Source: Candidatus Woesearchaeota archaeon
GTDB taxonomy: Archaea; Nanobdellota; Nanobdellia; SCGC-AAA011-G17; JACPIM01
Reading direction: 5' to 3'
NCBI GenBank assembly: GCA_964513145.1
Contig: CAZELK010000001.1
Location: forward strand, 64,001-128,000
DNA: 64,000 nucleotides
Shown here: one piece after another, positions 37,704 through 47,576 of the stretch
Layout: each line of letters begins with the position of its first letter
Position numbering within the stretch: position 1 is the stretch's first letter
Program-made: the position numbers and the translations under genes
Notes under the pieces: generated by a model
Told to the model about the DNA's origin: nothing
Database searches by the model: none
Seen by the model: only the letters and a program-made list of their open reading frames with translations

Positions 37704-38870
37704 TCAATTAGGCAAAATTATTTGTTCTTTTTTATTTGGTTTTTCAACAACTATTAATTTTTCACAGGTAATACAAATCGGGAGAATCGGGTTATTTACA
37801 AATTTCTTCCTAAATTCTTCAAGCTCTTTTCCATACCATATCTCTTCAAAAGACTGCTTTAATATATTTCCAAAACTTTTTTTAATTGCAAAACAAAATA
37901 TGAACTCGCCGGAGCAGTCAATTCTAGGCGCAAGCAAATGCTTACAAAAATGCTCTTCATTTTTATATAATCTGTAAAAATATTTATTCAACCTTTTTTT
38001 AAGAAAAAATGGGTAATAACCGAAAGGAAGGTTTAATTTGTCAGCTGTGTCTTCATATTCATTTAATGCAACTTTTAATTCTTCAATTGAATATGGCGGC
38101 ATTACATCATCACCAACAGACAATGGAAAATTATTTATTGTATTTTCCAGATTTAACATTTTTGCTGTTTCTTCAATTATTTCTTTAGTATATCTTTTTT
38201 CAAATTTAAGCTCCATGTAATTTGCGCCAGAGTTTTTTATTTCTTTTACTAATTCTTTAATATGGCTTAAATTTTCTTTTGTAATTATAGAAGAAACATT
38301 AACTAAAATACCTTTTTTTCTCATTAACTTTATGCTTTCCATTGCTCTTTGATAGGCTTTATCCCAACCCCGGACAATATTGTGTATTTTTTCAGGTCCA
38401 TCTATAGAAACAGTAACTGATGTCATGTCTTTATGCTCTGCTATATTTTTTATTAAATTTTCAGACATTAATGTGGCGTTTGTTATCATGTTAATCTGAA
38501 CATGTTTTTCTTTGCAATATTTTATTATATCAATTAAGTCAGACCTTAATGTGAGTTCTCCGCCGACCATGTTAATATGCTTAATGAATGGCATTTTTTC
38601 CATCATTATCTTAAAATCATTAAAATCCATCTCTTTAACTTTTGCAGTGGAATCAAAATTTATAAAACAAAAATTACATCTTAAATTGCATTTGCCTGTG
38701 GGCTCCCAAATTATTGAATCTGGCAATGGCATAACATTATTTGAAATATATTTCTTATAATCTCTGTATAAACCATTAAAATATTTTTTCATGTATCTAT
38801 CTCTAGCAAAATGCAGCAATCCAATTCTAGAAGCAAAGTTTTTTAATTTATTTGAAACAATTAATCTCAT
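37704..38870 (-). CDS. Radical SAM protein with SPASM/Twitch domain
   Basis: CNLRCNFC, GGE, VSIDG; C-terminal C..IDCSG..FC....CITC. Confidence 0.9.
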   Translation of the reverse strand: MRLIVSNKLKNFASRIGLLHFARDRYMKKYFNGLYRDYKKYISNNVMPLPDSIIWEPTGKCNLRCNFCFINFDSTAKVKEMDFNDFKIMMEKMPFIKHINMVGGELTLRSDLIDIIKYCKEKHVQINMITNATLMSENLIKNIAEHKDMTSVTVSIDGPEKIHNIVRGWDKAYQRAMESIKLMRKKGILVNVSSIITKENLSHIKELVKEIKNSGANYMELKFEKRYTKEIIEETAKMLNLENTINNFPLSVGDDVMPPYSIEELKVALNEYEDTADKLNLPFGYYPFFLKKRLNKYFYRLYKNEEHFCKHLLAPRIDCSGEFIFCFAIKKSFGNILKQSFEEIWYGKELEEFRKKFVNNPILPICITCEKLIVVEKPNKKEQIILPN

Positions 38871-38906
38871 AATGTTAAAATTATCATATTCTATTTAAAT
38901 TTTCCT

Positions 38907-40637
38907 TTATAATTTATAAACATTAAAATTCTCTGTCTGCTTTACTAATTTTAAGCTCAATTTATGCGTTGAAATTACATAATCCATTCTTTTAGTTTTA
39001 TTAGTATCATCAAAAAATAGATTATTATTCATCCAAAATCCTGCCAAAGCCAAATATTGTTCCTTATACTGAGATTCTTTTATTTTGGCAAACAGGGCTT
39101 TTTTATTTTCTAAAGGGTTGCCTTCATCCCTTATGTCAAACAATATGTTTTTATTTACTATATTGTTTTCATCAAACCACAACCCAAGATTTAATTGTTC
39201 ATTATTTTTTAAAGTTTCATTTTTATAAAACGCAATTCCAAAATTTAATGTTAATGTTATTATGTTTACTGCAACAATTATATAGAATACTTTTTTGAAA
39301 TTTAATTTGTTTATTAATAATATTGAAAGCGGAATTAGTGCAAATATAATCAACATTATTATGTATACTGAAATATTAAATTCGGGATTTAAAGTTTTTT
39401 TAATAATAAAATCGAAAAAGCTTTTTATTGCACCAAAAATTGTTAATGACAGATTATTTATCGGGAATAAAGGCGTAAGATTTAGCTGAGATCCTATAAT
39501 AAAAAATGGCAGGCTTGAAATTATAATTTTTTTTAATGTCTTTTTATTTGGTTGTACATAATATCTATTAAGTCCTATTGTCCCAATAATAAATACGAGC
39601 GGGATTAATACATCAGTGTATCTTAAAATTGGTCTTCCTGCAAAATAACTAAATATCTTTGGCAGATTTTCTGGCTGCGGACCCAGCGCATTATTGGACA
39701 AAGCAAGAGTAAATGTTACAATAGTTATAATAGACAGCATTACAAAAATCCTGACTTTATTTTCTTTTATTTTTAATGCAAAAAATGAACCAAAAAAGAA
39801 GAAAATACCAGAAGATATTGCCAAAGCAATTGTATGCAATATTATCCAATTAAATAAAGATAAAAAATAATAACCTTTATGCTTCTCAGGGCTTAAAGCA
39901 GATTCCACATTATCCTTAAATGTTTCCCCTAACACTCCTTTTATGCTCGGCTCCAAAACTAAATAATTTCTTATTAACCATGGAGATATAATCAAAATTA
40001 TGATAAATAAACAGAGGATTAAATTTTTAATTTTTAATTTTTCTTTAAATAATAACTTATTTGCTATATGACTTATAAAATAAATTATTATTAATGATAA
40101 CCCTAATTCTTTAGTTAAATAACTTAACGATATAAATAGTCCAGCAAAGAAATTATTTTTTGCATTGTTTTCTTTTAATGAGTTATATATAAAATATATT
40201 GATGTTAAGAACAATGGATAGAACAGGTTTTCGGATAAAAGATAATATGAAAATGAGAAGCTTACAGGCAATAAAGCTATTAAAATTGCGATTGGAATTA
40301 TCTGTTTTTCTTCCAAAAATTCTTTAGCCAATAAATAGGCTGGAATGATTATTGAAGTTGAGACAAATGCATTTATAATTTTCATTGATAAATATACAAA
40401 CTGCATTTTATCAAATAAATATGATATTGACAGCACTATAGGGTATAAAGGCTGATAAAATGGAGATGGATTTTGAGACAAACTAAAATCCAGATTATAA
40501 AAAAAACTTCTTGCCAGTTTTGAATAAATATATTCATCCCAAAATCCTGTCGGAGAATTAATAAAATATGATAAAATTATTTTAGTTAAAACTATTATTG
40601 AGTATATTAACATTAGTTTTTTTGCTACTGGTTTCAT
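38907..40637 (-). CDS. GT-C fold (ArnT/PMT-like) integral membrane glycosyltransferase
   Basis: WDEYIY, YQPLYP, SENLFYP, TKE, PWLIRN, multi-TM. Confidence 0.75.
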   Translation of the reverse strand: MKPVAKKLMLIYSIIVLTKIILSYFINSPTGFWDEYIYSKLARSFFYNLDFSLSQNPSPFYQPLYPIVLSISYLFDKMQFVYLSMKIINAFVSTSIIIPAYLLAKEFLEEKQIIPIAILIALLPVSFSFSYYLLSENLFYPLFLTSIYFIYNSLKENNAKNNFFAGLFISLSYLTKELGLSLIIIYFISHIANKLLFKEKLKIKNLILCLFIIILIISPWLIRNYLVLEPSIKGVLGETFKDNVESALSPEKHKGYYFLSLFNWIILHTIALAISSGIFFFFGSFFALKIKENKVRIFVMLSIITIVTFTLALSNNALGPQPENLPKIFSYFAGRPILRYTDVLIPLVFIIGTIGLNRYYVQPNKKTLKKIIISSLPFFIIGSQLNLTPLFPINNLSLTIFGAIKSFFDFIIKKTLNPEFNISVYIIMLIIFALIPLSILLINKLNFKKVFYIIVAVNIITLTLNFGIAFYKNETLKNNEQLNLGLWFDENNIVNKNILFDIRDEGNPLENKKALFAKIKESQYKEQYLALAGFWMNNNLFFDDTNKTKRMDYVISTHKLSLKLVKQTENFNVYKL

Positions 40638-40675
40638 ATATTAAGACTTATATTTTCCTTTCTTAAATCTTTTTG

Positions 40676-41362
40676 CTAGAATTTTATGGTTTTATTTTTA
40701 ATTAAGTGCCTGCATTTTATTGAAGTGTCTGCGTATATTTTGAAATTTAGTTTCCGAGCATCATAACAGAACCAGGTATCATCACATGAATCATTATTTT
40801 CTTCAACCCTGAATTTTACTTTTTCCAAAACAGACCTGTGAATTAACACACATCCAAGACCGCATATTGCGACTTCCTTTAAATTATTATCTTCAACTTC
40901 TCCCGATGTTAATTGTATTACTTCGTCTTTATTGACTTGTTTCCATAAAAGAGGGAGAATTACTTTTTTGTTTATATTTTTGTTATTTACTTCGACATCA
41001 TATTCTTTATAATAAACTGCAGAAACAATTTCTTTTTTATGACTTAATAATCTCTCAATTAAGTTTATTGGCGGAATTACATCTATTTCCAGACTTAAGA
41101 AATAATCATAATTTTCATTTAATACTTTTTCACGCAGAATATTTCTATCTCTAGCAACTAATTCCCTTAAATTTTCCATTCTTTCTGTTTTTATTACCGG
41201 GATTTTAGATTTTAATTCGTTAAAGTAAGAGTTATCTTTAGAATTATCTATTAATAAGAAATCTGCATTTTTATATGCCAATGACTTAACTGCATTTAAG
41301 TAATCTTCTTTACAATACTTGTAATAATCTGCTGTTGGACAGCCAACTAATATTTTTATCAT
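40676..41362 (-). CDS. GT-A fold glycosyltransferase-like protein
   Basis: IDNS, ARDRN, LEIDV, CGLGCVLI, DDTWFC. Confidence 0.75.
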   Translation of the reverse strand: MIKILVGCPTADYYKYCKEDYLNAVKSLAYKNADFLLIDNSKDNSYFNELKSKIPVIKTERMENLRELVARDRNILREKVLNENYDYFLSLEIDVIPPINLIERLLSHKKEIVSAVYYKEYDVEVNNKNINKKVILPLLWKQVNKDEVIQLTSGEVEDNNLKEVAICGLGCVLIHRSVLEKVKFRVEENNDSCDDTWFCYDARKLNFKIYADTSIKCRHLIKNKTIKF

Positions 41363-41440
41363 TCTTTTTTCTTGTTGCTTTCAATATAAAAGATTTCTCA
41401 TAGATATTTTTATAAAAGCGTGTTTTTATCAAATAGGTTT

Positions 41441-42460
41441 ATGAGAAATGAATTTTACCTAGAACTTGTAAATAATGGGGTTACAAAACTTCTCAATTTT
41501 CAAGATACAAGGCTAAATTCCTTAACTGAAGGATGTTTTTTTTACCCTTACTGGAGATTAAGAAAAGAATCATTTGTAAATTCAAGATGGCAAGAGGCTG
41601 TTTTGACATTAAGCTGGTTTTATAATAAATATAATTCAGAGGACATTTGGACAAAAATAATCAAAGGAATAGACTTTTGGTGCAAATTACAACATAGAAA
41701 CGGTGCTTTTCCTGAATATTCCAGATTAGACAGAAGTTTTTCAGCAACTGCTTTTTCTACATTGGCTATGATAAATTCCATTATACTTTTGAATTATTCG
41801 AAAGAAAAATGGATTGAAAAAATAACAAAAAGCTGTGAATATTTGATGAAGAATGATGAGTTTTTTTTAACTAGCCAAGAGGCTGCGGCTGCATTAGTTT
41901 TATTAAAATTTGGAAATTATACAAACAATATAAAATACATTAAAGAAAGTGAAAGAAAAATAAAATTAGTCTTAAAAAATCAAAATGCCAAAGGTTATTT
42001 TAAAGAAAACAACAGGTTTGATTTTAACCACAGTACTTTAACTTTAGAATTGTTGGGGCAATACTATTTAGCTACTGATGAAAAATTTATTTTAGATTCA
42101 GTTTCAAAATTTATTGATTTTACAGTTAATCTTGACTTTAGACCTTTAAAAAATATTAACTGGGTTGTTGTAAGCGGCTTTGAAATATCTTCAGACAAGA
42201 CTTTAAATGGAAACCAGGCTTTAATCAAGATTTTAAATAATTTTGATGTAAGACATTTAGAATCTGATAAAAATTACTGCACTGATTTATACAGGTTATG
42301 TTATGCTTATGATAATTTTAAAACTGACTTGGAACATACTGATTTAGAGAAGAATATTAATACACAGAAAAATAATCTTATTTACAGACCTTCGAGATTT
42401 TTAAATTTGATAAGACCTTTTGGGATTCATAACTTTAGAAAATTGAAATATTTATTTTAG
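41441..42460 (+). CDS. Hypothetical alpha/alpha-toroid-like protein
   Basis: Repeated Q.x.x.G.F motifs (LQHRNGAF, NQNAKGYF); ATG 41441 follows a TATA box, track start is GTG 41420. Confidence 0.6.
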   Translation: MRNEFYLELVNNGVTKLLNFQDTRLNSLTEGCFFYPYWRLRKESFVNSRWQEAVLTLSWFYNKYNSEDIWTKIIKGIDFWCKLQHRNGAFPEYSRLDRSFSATAFSTLAMINSIILLNYSKEKWIEKITKSCEYLMKNDEFFLTSQEAAAALVLLKFGNYTNNIKYIKESERKIKLVLKNQNAKGYFKENNRFDFNHSTLTLELLGQYYLATDEKFILDSVSKFIDFTVNLDFRPLKNINWVVVSGFEISSDKTLNGNQALIKILNNFDVRHLESDKNYCTDLYRLCYAYDNFKTDLEHTDLEKNINTQKNNLIYRPSRFLNLIRPFGIHNFRKLKYLF

Positions 42461-42904
42461 TTTTCTTATTGCATCTACAATTTTGTTGAAAGCATCAGGA
42501 GTATTTGCACAAGATTCAACTCTGATTGTTTTCTCGTTTTCATTAAAGTAAGTTTTCAATAAAATACTAGAACAATCTGAACCAGCACCCTCCATATAAG
42601 GCGGAATTGAGTTAAATTCCTTGCTTTGAACCAAAGATTTCAAATAATTTAAATCTGACTCCGACAACTGACTTTCTGTTTTAGTTTCCTGCTTATTTTT
42701 ATTTATTAATGTTATAAAATATTTTCCAGAATTATAAATTTCATATTTTTGTTCTACTTGGCTGAATCCAGCTAGATCATTTAGAGAGATTATAACATAA
42801 TCTTTTTCTTCTTGCTGGTATATTGTTTCAGGCTCTTTAGGAGCACAACCATTTAAAACTAATAAAGCCAATAATCCTAAAATGAAGTAAATTTTTGTTT
42901 TCAT
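42452..42904 (-). CDS. Putative lipoprotein
   Basis: MK..hydrophobic..VLNGC lipobox-like signal. Confidence 0.65.
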   Translation of the reverse strand: MKTKIYFILGLLALLVLNGCAPKEPETIYQQEEKDYVIISLNDLAGFSQVEQKYEIYNSGKYFITLINKNKQETKTESQLSESDLNYLKSLVQSKEFNSIPPYMEGAGSDCSSILLKTYFNENEKTIRVESCANTPDAFNKIVDAIRKLK

Positions 42905-42985
42905 AATATTTTGTAAATATTTCTATTTTTAAAGGTTTCTTAATAAAATAGTAATTTATTAGTGGTAACCTACGAAAGATTTAAT

Positions 42986-44425
42986 TTATTCGTGAGCTCT
43001 TCCTGAACCACCAGCTGCCAATGCCAAGGCACCCAAGACGTATTTTTTTAGAATAGGCAGGTTGTCAATATTTGTGATTTTTCTAAGTATTATTTTTGGT
43101 CTGAAATAGAAACTTCTTAATGCCAATCTTTGCATTGCCTTCAAGTCTTTTGATTCACGACCATTAGTTACCCAAGGCAATTCGCCATCTGAAAAACCAC
43201 CCCAAGTTTGGTAATTGTCCCAATCTGCCTGGCTTGAAGTTAAAGTACCAAATTCTTTTGCATCTTTATACAATTGGGTTCCTGGATATGGAACTGTGAC
43301 TGTGAATTGGGCCCAATCAGGATCTAATTCTTTTGCAAAATTTATTGTTGCTAAATCATCTTCTTTTGTTGCACCTGGCAAACCAATCATGAAATAGCCT
43401 CTTGTTTCCAAGCCAGCTTCCCTAGCCCACTTGAAAGCATTTCTTATTTGATCCAGTGTTGCATCTTTATGGATTGTGTCTATTAATTTTTGAGTTCCGC
43501 CTTCAACACCAAAATGAATTCCGCAACAACCAGCATCTTTCATTTTTTTTAACAAGTCCAAGTCAACTAAACCTGCTCTTGTAATACAGTCCCAAATTAC
43601 CTGCTTATGAAGACCTGTTTTTATAATTTCATTGCATAAGTCTACAGTTCTTTTTTTGCTTAATGTGAAAGTGTCGTCCCTAATTAAAATTTCTTTAGCA
43701 CCATATTTCTCAACCAGAATTTTCATTTCTTCTATTACTCTTGGAACTGAATGCATTCTGTAGCCTGTATTGGCTGTTGCACAAAAAGTACATCTATAAG
43801 GACAGCCTCTTGTTGTTATCATTGTATATGCTGGCAGTCTTTTATAGTAAGAAACTGACGGCCTGTATAAATTCATTTTAATCAAGCTTCTATCTGGGAT
43901 TGGAAATGTATCCAGATCCTGTATTTTTGGAGAAGGCTCATTTTTTATCACTTTATTTTTTTCCTTGTAAACTATGCCTGGAATATTTTTTAAAGATTTT
44001 TTATTTTCAAAAGCATCCAAGATTTTTTTAAATGTTATTTCAGCTTCGCCTATAGCTACAATATCAATACATGATTCTTCTGCTGTTTCTACTGGACGTA
44101 CTGAAGCATGAGAACCTCCAACAATTACTTTTATATCAGGATTAACTTTTTTTGCTGTTTTACAAACTTCCAAAGACTGAGAGAACATTGAAGTTAACAT
44201 TGCAACGCCAACAACATCGTAATTTCCTTTTTTTATATGATCTTCAAGTTCTTCATTAGAAATTCCCTCTGCTTCACAATCCAGAATTTCAGATTCATGA
44301 TTATTAGAATTAAGATATGTGGCAATATATAAAAGACTTAATGGCTCTGATTTTGGGCCTACTTTCTTCCCAAGTTTTTTCCAGTAGCCATTATCCATAG
44401 ATGGCATGACTAACAGTGCTTTCAT
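42986..44425 (-). CDS. B12-binding radical SAM enzyme (#5)
   Basis: EPLSLLYIA, VGGSHAS, TRGCPYRCTFC, GVEGG, PYPGT. Confidence 0.9.
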   Translation of the reverse strand: MKALLVMPSMDNGYWKKLGKKVGPKSEPLSLLYIATYLNSNNHESEILDCEAEGISNEELEDHIKKGNYDVVGVAMLTSMFSQSLEVCKTAKKVNPDIKVIVGGSHASVRPVETAEESCIDIVAIGEAEITFKKILDAFENKKSLKNIPGIVYKEKNKVIKNEPSPKIQDLDTFPIPDRSLIKMNLYRPSVSYYKRLPAYTMITTRGCPYRCTFCATANTGYRMHSVPRVIEEMKILVEKYGAKEILIRDDTFTLSKKRTVDLCNEIIKTGLHKQVIWDCITRAGLVDLDLLKKMKDAGCCGIHFGVEGGTQKLIDTIHKDATLDQIRNAFKWAREAGLETRGYFMIGLPGATKEDDLATINFAKELDPDWAQFTVTVPYPGTQLYKDAKEFGTLTSSQADWDNYQTWGGFSDGELPWVTNGRESKDLKAMQRLALRSFYFRPKIILRKITNIDNLPILKKYVLGALALAAGGSGRAHE

Positions 44426-44519
44426 TTTATAATTAAGTTTTTACAGATGATTTCTTTTAAATTTAATGTATCTTAATATGGTTATACTTTTTATAGTTTA
44501 CTATAGTTAATTGTTTAAT

Positions 44520-45401
44520 TTATTTTCTCAAGCTATCTGCAAAGAAACCGAACAATATTATCTGGACGCCAATTAAGATTAACAACATAGTTAAAATTGT
44601 AGATGGGGTATGGCCTACTCTTCCGGTTCTAATAAAAATAGAAAATAACCATAAACCAATAATAAAACCTAAACTTATAAACATGAAACCTATAGTTCCA
44701 AAAAACTTTAAAGGCTCATAATCACGGTAAATCCTTAAGATATTTATCCATGCTTTTATAGCATAGTCAAATGGACTTTTGAATAATTTGCTTGGTCTTG
44801 TGTTGTTTGTTGTTATTGGAATTTCAGTGATAAATCTTCTTGCCTTGCCTGCTCTTATCAATTGCTCTTGAGTATATGTAAAGTTATTTATCAATGGCAA
44901 TTCAGCCACTTCTTTTCTAAAAGCCCTGAAACCTGTAGTTGTATCTCTTATTTTTATTTTTAACAAACTAGAAAATGTCTTGGCAAAGGCTACATTGCCT
45001 AATTTTTTCATTAAAGAACCGCTATATTGCCCTTGCCCAAATCTTGACCCCAATACCAAGTCATAGCCTTCTTCAATTTTTTTTATTAAATTAGGGATGT
45101 AATGAGAAGGATATTGGCCGTCAGCATCTGTATGAACTATTATATCTGCATTTAATTCCAGGCATTTTTTCATTTCTGTCTTGAATGTTTCTGCCAAGCC
45201 CAAATTAAATTTATGAGAAAATACTACAGCACCTTTACTTTTCGCTATTTCTGCTGTCTTGTCTCTTGAACCATCGTTTATAACCTGAATTTTGTAATTG
45301 TACTTGTTTTCATCCATTACTTTTTTTATATCATCTATTACTCTTCCTATTGTTTTCTCTTCATTATATGCTGGTATTGTAACTACAATTAGTTCTTTCA
45401 T
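44520..45401 (-). CDS. GT2 dolichol-phosphate-sugar synthase-like glycosyltransferase with C-terminal TM helices
   Basis: IPAYNEE, NDGSRD, DADGQY, GSRF, DTTTGFRAF. Confidence 0.92.
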   Translation of the reverse strand: MKELIVVTIPAYNEEKTIGRVIDDIKKVMDENKYNYKIQVINDGSRDKTAEIAKSKGAVVFSHKFNLGLAETFKTEMKKCLELNADIIVHTDADGQYPSHYIPNLIKKIEEGYDLVLGSRFGQGQYSGSLMKKLGNVAFAKTFSSLLKIKIRDTTTGFRAFRKEVAELPLINNFTYTQEQLIRAGKARRFITEIPITTNNTRPSKLFKSPFDYAIKAWINILRIYRDYEPLKFFGTIGFMFISLGFIIGLWLFSIFIRTGRVGHTPSTILTMLLILIGVQIILFGFFADSLRK

Positions 45402-45487
45402 TTTAACCTTTTTAGCGAAAAAGCTTAACCAAAAATGTGAGTTAAAGATTTAAAAAGATTTCTTTTAGAATCTGCTAAAACGCATTT

Positions 45488-45955
45488 TTAAAAATATTTG
45501 GGTTTCCAAGGAAAAGCATCTGCAAATATAAGAAACATTTCTTCATTTATAAATAAATCGACTCTTCTTTCAGAATCAAATTTTCTATAGTCTTTATGCG
45601 GTGTGGAAATTCTTATTTCGTCTCTTCTTACGGCGCTTAAACTCTCTAGAGTTTCTACTATTTCTTCTAATTTATCTTCAGTTTTGAACAATTCTTTAAT
45701 AAATAAGCCAGCATCTATATAATCCAGATCTTTTTCATTTAACAAGCGATTTATCTGTCTACTGTTTAATTCTGGGACAATAATACTTTCAGACGGCTTA
45801 TAGCCATTATGCGTGATAACTGCTTTTAGATCACTTTTATTGAATCTTATTTTTGTACTTGTTCTAATATGCTTTTCATTTGAATCTAGGACATAAGAAT
45901 CACAATCTTTTCTTGCCTTATAGATATCTGCTAATGAGACTGCTGTTTCTATCAT
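45488..45955 (-). CDS. Hypothetical protein
   Basis: 155-aa open frame with an upstream TATA-like sequence; no motif. Confidence 0.65.
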   Translation of the reverse strand: MIETAVSLADIYKARKDCDSYVLDSNEKHIRTSTKIRFNKSDLKAVITHNGYKPSESIIVPELNSRQINRLLNEKDLDYIDAGLFIKELFKTEDKLEEIVETLESLSAVRRDEIRISTPHKDYRKFDSERRVDLFINEEMFLIFADAFPWKPKYF

Positions 45956-46365
45956 TTATTATTAAAACTTTTATTTAGTTTAAATACATTTCTTTATGAC
46001 AGTCATATCCAAGAAAACCATATTCTTCAGAACATGGATGAATTGGGGTATCTTTTTTAATATCATTTTTTCTTCTTAAACATTTCTGCAGTTAATCTCA
46101 TATCGGAAACTTTTCATAAATCCCGTAAGCCTTCCGAAGAAACCGAAAATCTTCCGAGAATTTCTCATGAATAGCACTGAATCACAATAACATTTAAATA
46201 TGCTGGTTCTTTAATATCATTCACTGCATCAGCAGTCTATCGCTGGACAAGCGAAAAGTAACGCCTGTTTGAGATAATGTAAGACCAGCAGTTTTGGCTA
46301 TTGTCGTTGATTCAGGAACTATATGCAAGTCAGACATATTTGACCTCTGCTGGAAACCACGCCAT

Positions 46366-46881
46366 TCATGGAGTGGAGGACGTCATTAAGCCTAAATTAG
46401 TTTTTACATTTTTTATTAAGTCATTAGTTTCTATATAAATTCCTGGGGCGTATTTTCCCCATATTCTGCTTTTGAAAAAATACCTGTGATAAATCTTCAT
46501 AAAGACAGGACCTAATTTTTTTCCAAAGGTTTTTTCAAATGTATTTTTGTAATCCAGTTCCATGGCGCCTTTAAATCTAAATTGTATTTCACCATTGACT
46601 AAATTTTTTTCACCTTTTATTGGGACAGTTCTTAATGTCCAGATTTCAACATTTATAGTATATTTTACATAATCGTCAACTCTTCTCTCGCCAATAAAAT
46701 TTATAATATGATCTTTTCCAGTTGATTTTACAGCTTCAATATGGGTTTTTTCATGAAAGAAGTAACCATGTTTTTTAAACCAGTTAACTGCGTTTCTATA
46801 AACTTTGCTGTAATCATAGACGCCGTTATAACTTACTTTGATCCAATTCTTAGCACCCCCAACTATAGTTAGTTCCATCAA
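46366..46881 (-). CDS. Hypothetical protein
   Basis: 171-aa open frame with ordinary composition; no motif assigned. Confidence 0.7.
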   Translation of the reverse strand: MMELTIVGGAKNWIKVSYNGVYDYSKVYRNAVNWFKKHGYFFHEKTHIEAVKSTGKDHIINFIGERRVDDYVKYTINVEIWTLRTVPIKGEKNLVNGEIQFRFKGAMELDYKNTFEKTFGKKLGPVFMKIYHRYFFKSRIWGKYAPGIYIETNDLIKNVKTNLGLMTSSTP

Positions 46882-46968
46882 TCAATTAATTAAAAACTAT
46901 ATTAATAAGCTTTTCTTAAGAAAACATTAAAAGATAATATAATGTGCGACGAAAAATTCTTTTAGAAA

Positions 46969-47517
46969 TTATGCATTTTTTAATTCAGCACATTCATCGC
47001 AAATCCACTTATAATCAAAATAATGAAGTATTGAAAAGTTTCCGCAAATTTCGCAGTCATTTTCAAGCCTTCTTTTATAAAAGACTGGCTTGTTGAATTC
47101 TTCTTTTAACTCAAATTTATCAACTATTAATTCAAATAACTGGGGTTGTATTTTTAAAATGTCTTTAATTGTTAAAAAACCAATTAAATCTCCATTTTGT
47201 ACAACTGGCAAATGCCTTATATTTTTATCTCTCATTAAAACCATGGCATCATAAATGTCCTCTTTTCCAGTAATTGTAAATAAATTAGTTTCCATTACTG
47301 ATTTAATTTCTGTTGTTTCAGGATTAAGGTCTTTTGCAACAACTTTTCTTACTATATCCTGCTCTGTAACTATGCCCATTGTTGCACCTTCTTTAATAAT
47401 CAAACTTCCTATGTGGTTTGTTTCCATTAATTTTGCACATTGAGAAACAGAAATATCTGGCTTTATTACTATTGGACTTTTGGTCATAGCATCTGCAACT
47501 TTTACACCAATTTTCAT
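46969..47517 (-). CDS. CBS-pair protein with C-terminal zinc ribbon
   Basis: VADAMT, GIVTEQDI, HLPVV..GFLT..D; CEICG...CDEC. Confidence 0.9.
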   Translation of the reverse strand: MKIGVKVADAMTKSPIVIKPDISVSQCAKLMETNHIGSLIIKEGATMGIVTEQDIVRKVVAKDLNPETTEIKSVMETNLFTITGKEDIYDAMVLMRDKNIRHLPVVQNGDLIGFLTIKDILKIQPQLFELIVDKFELKEEFNKPVFYKRRLENDCEICGNFSILHYFDYKWICDECAELKNA

Positions 47518-47576
47518 TTTCCTTTTTATTAAGTTTTTATATTTATATAAATTTTGGAAAGAGAATATATATTAAA

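Noticed and set aside
46345-46360. CTGGAAAC as an ORB/replication-origin element
   Set aside because: Single partial match, no G-string, no cdc6/orc1 in the window.
46200-46385. RNase P or SRP RNA
   Set aside because: The conserved GAGGAAAGUCC/CR-V and SRP helix-8 motifs were not found by eye; kept only as an unassigned structured candidate.
46969-47517. CBS-pair plus zinc-ribbon protein as a novelty
   Set aside because: This architecture is a familiar archaeal family; nothing unusual here.
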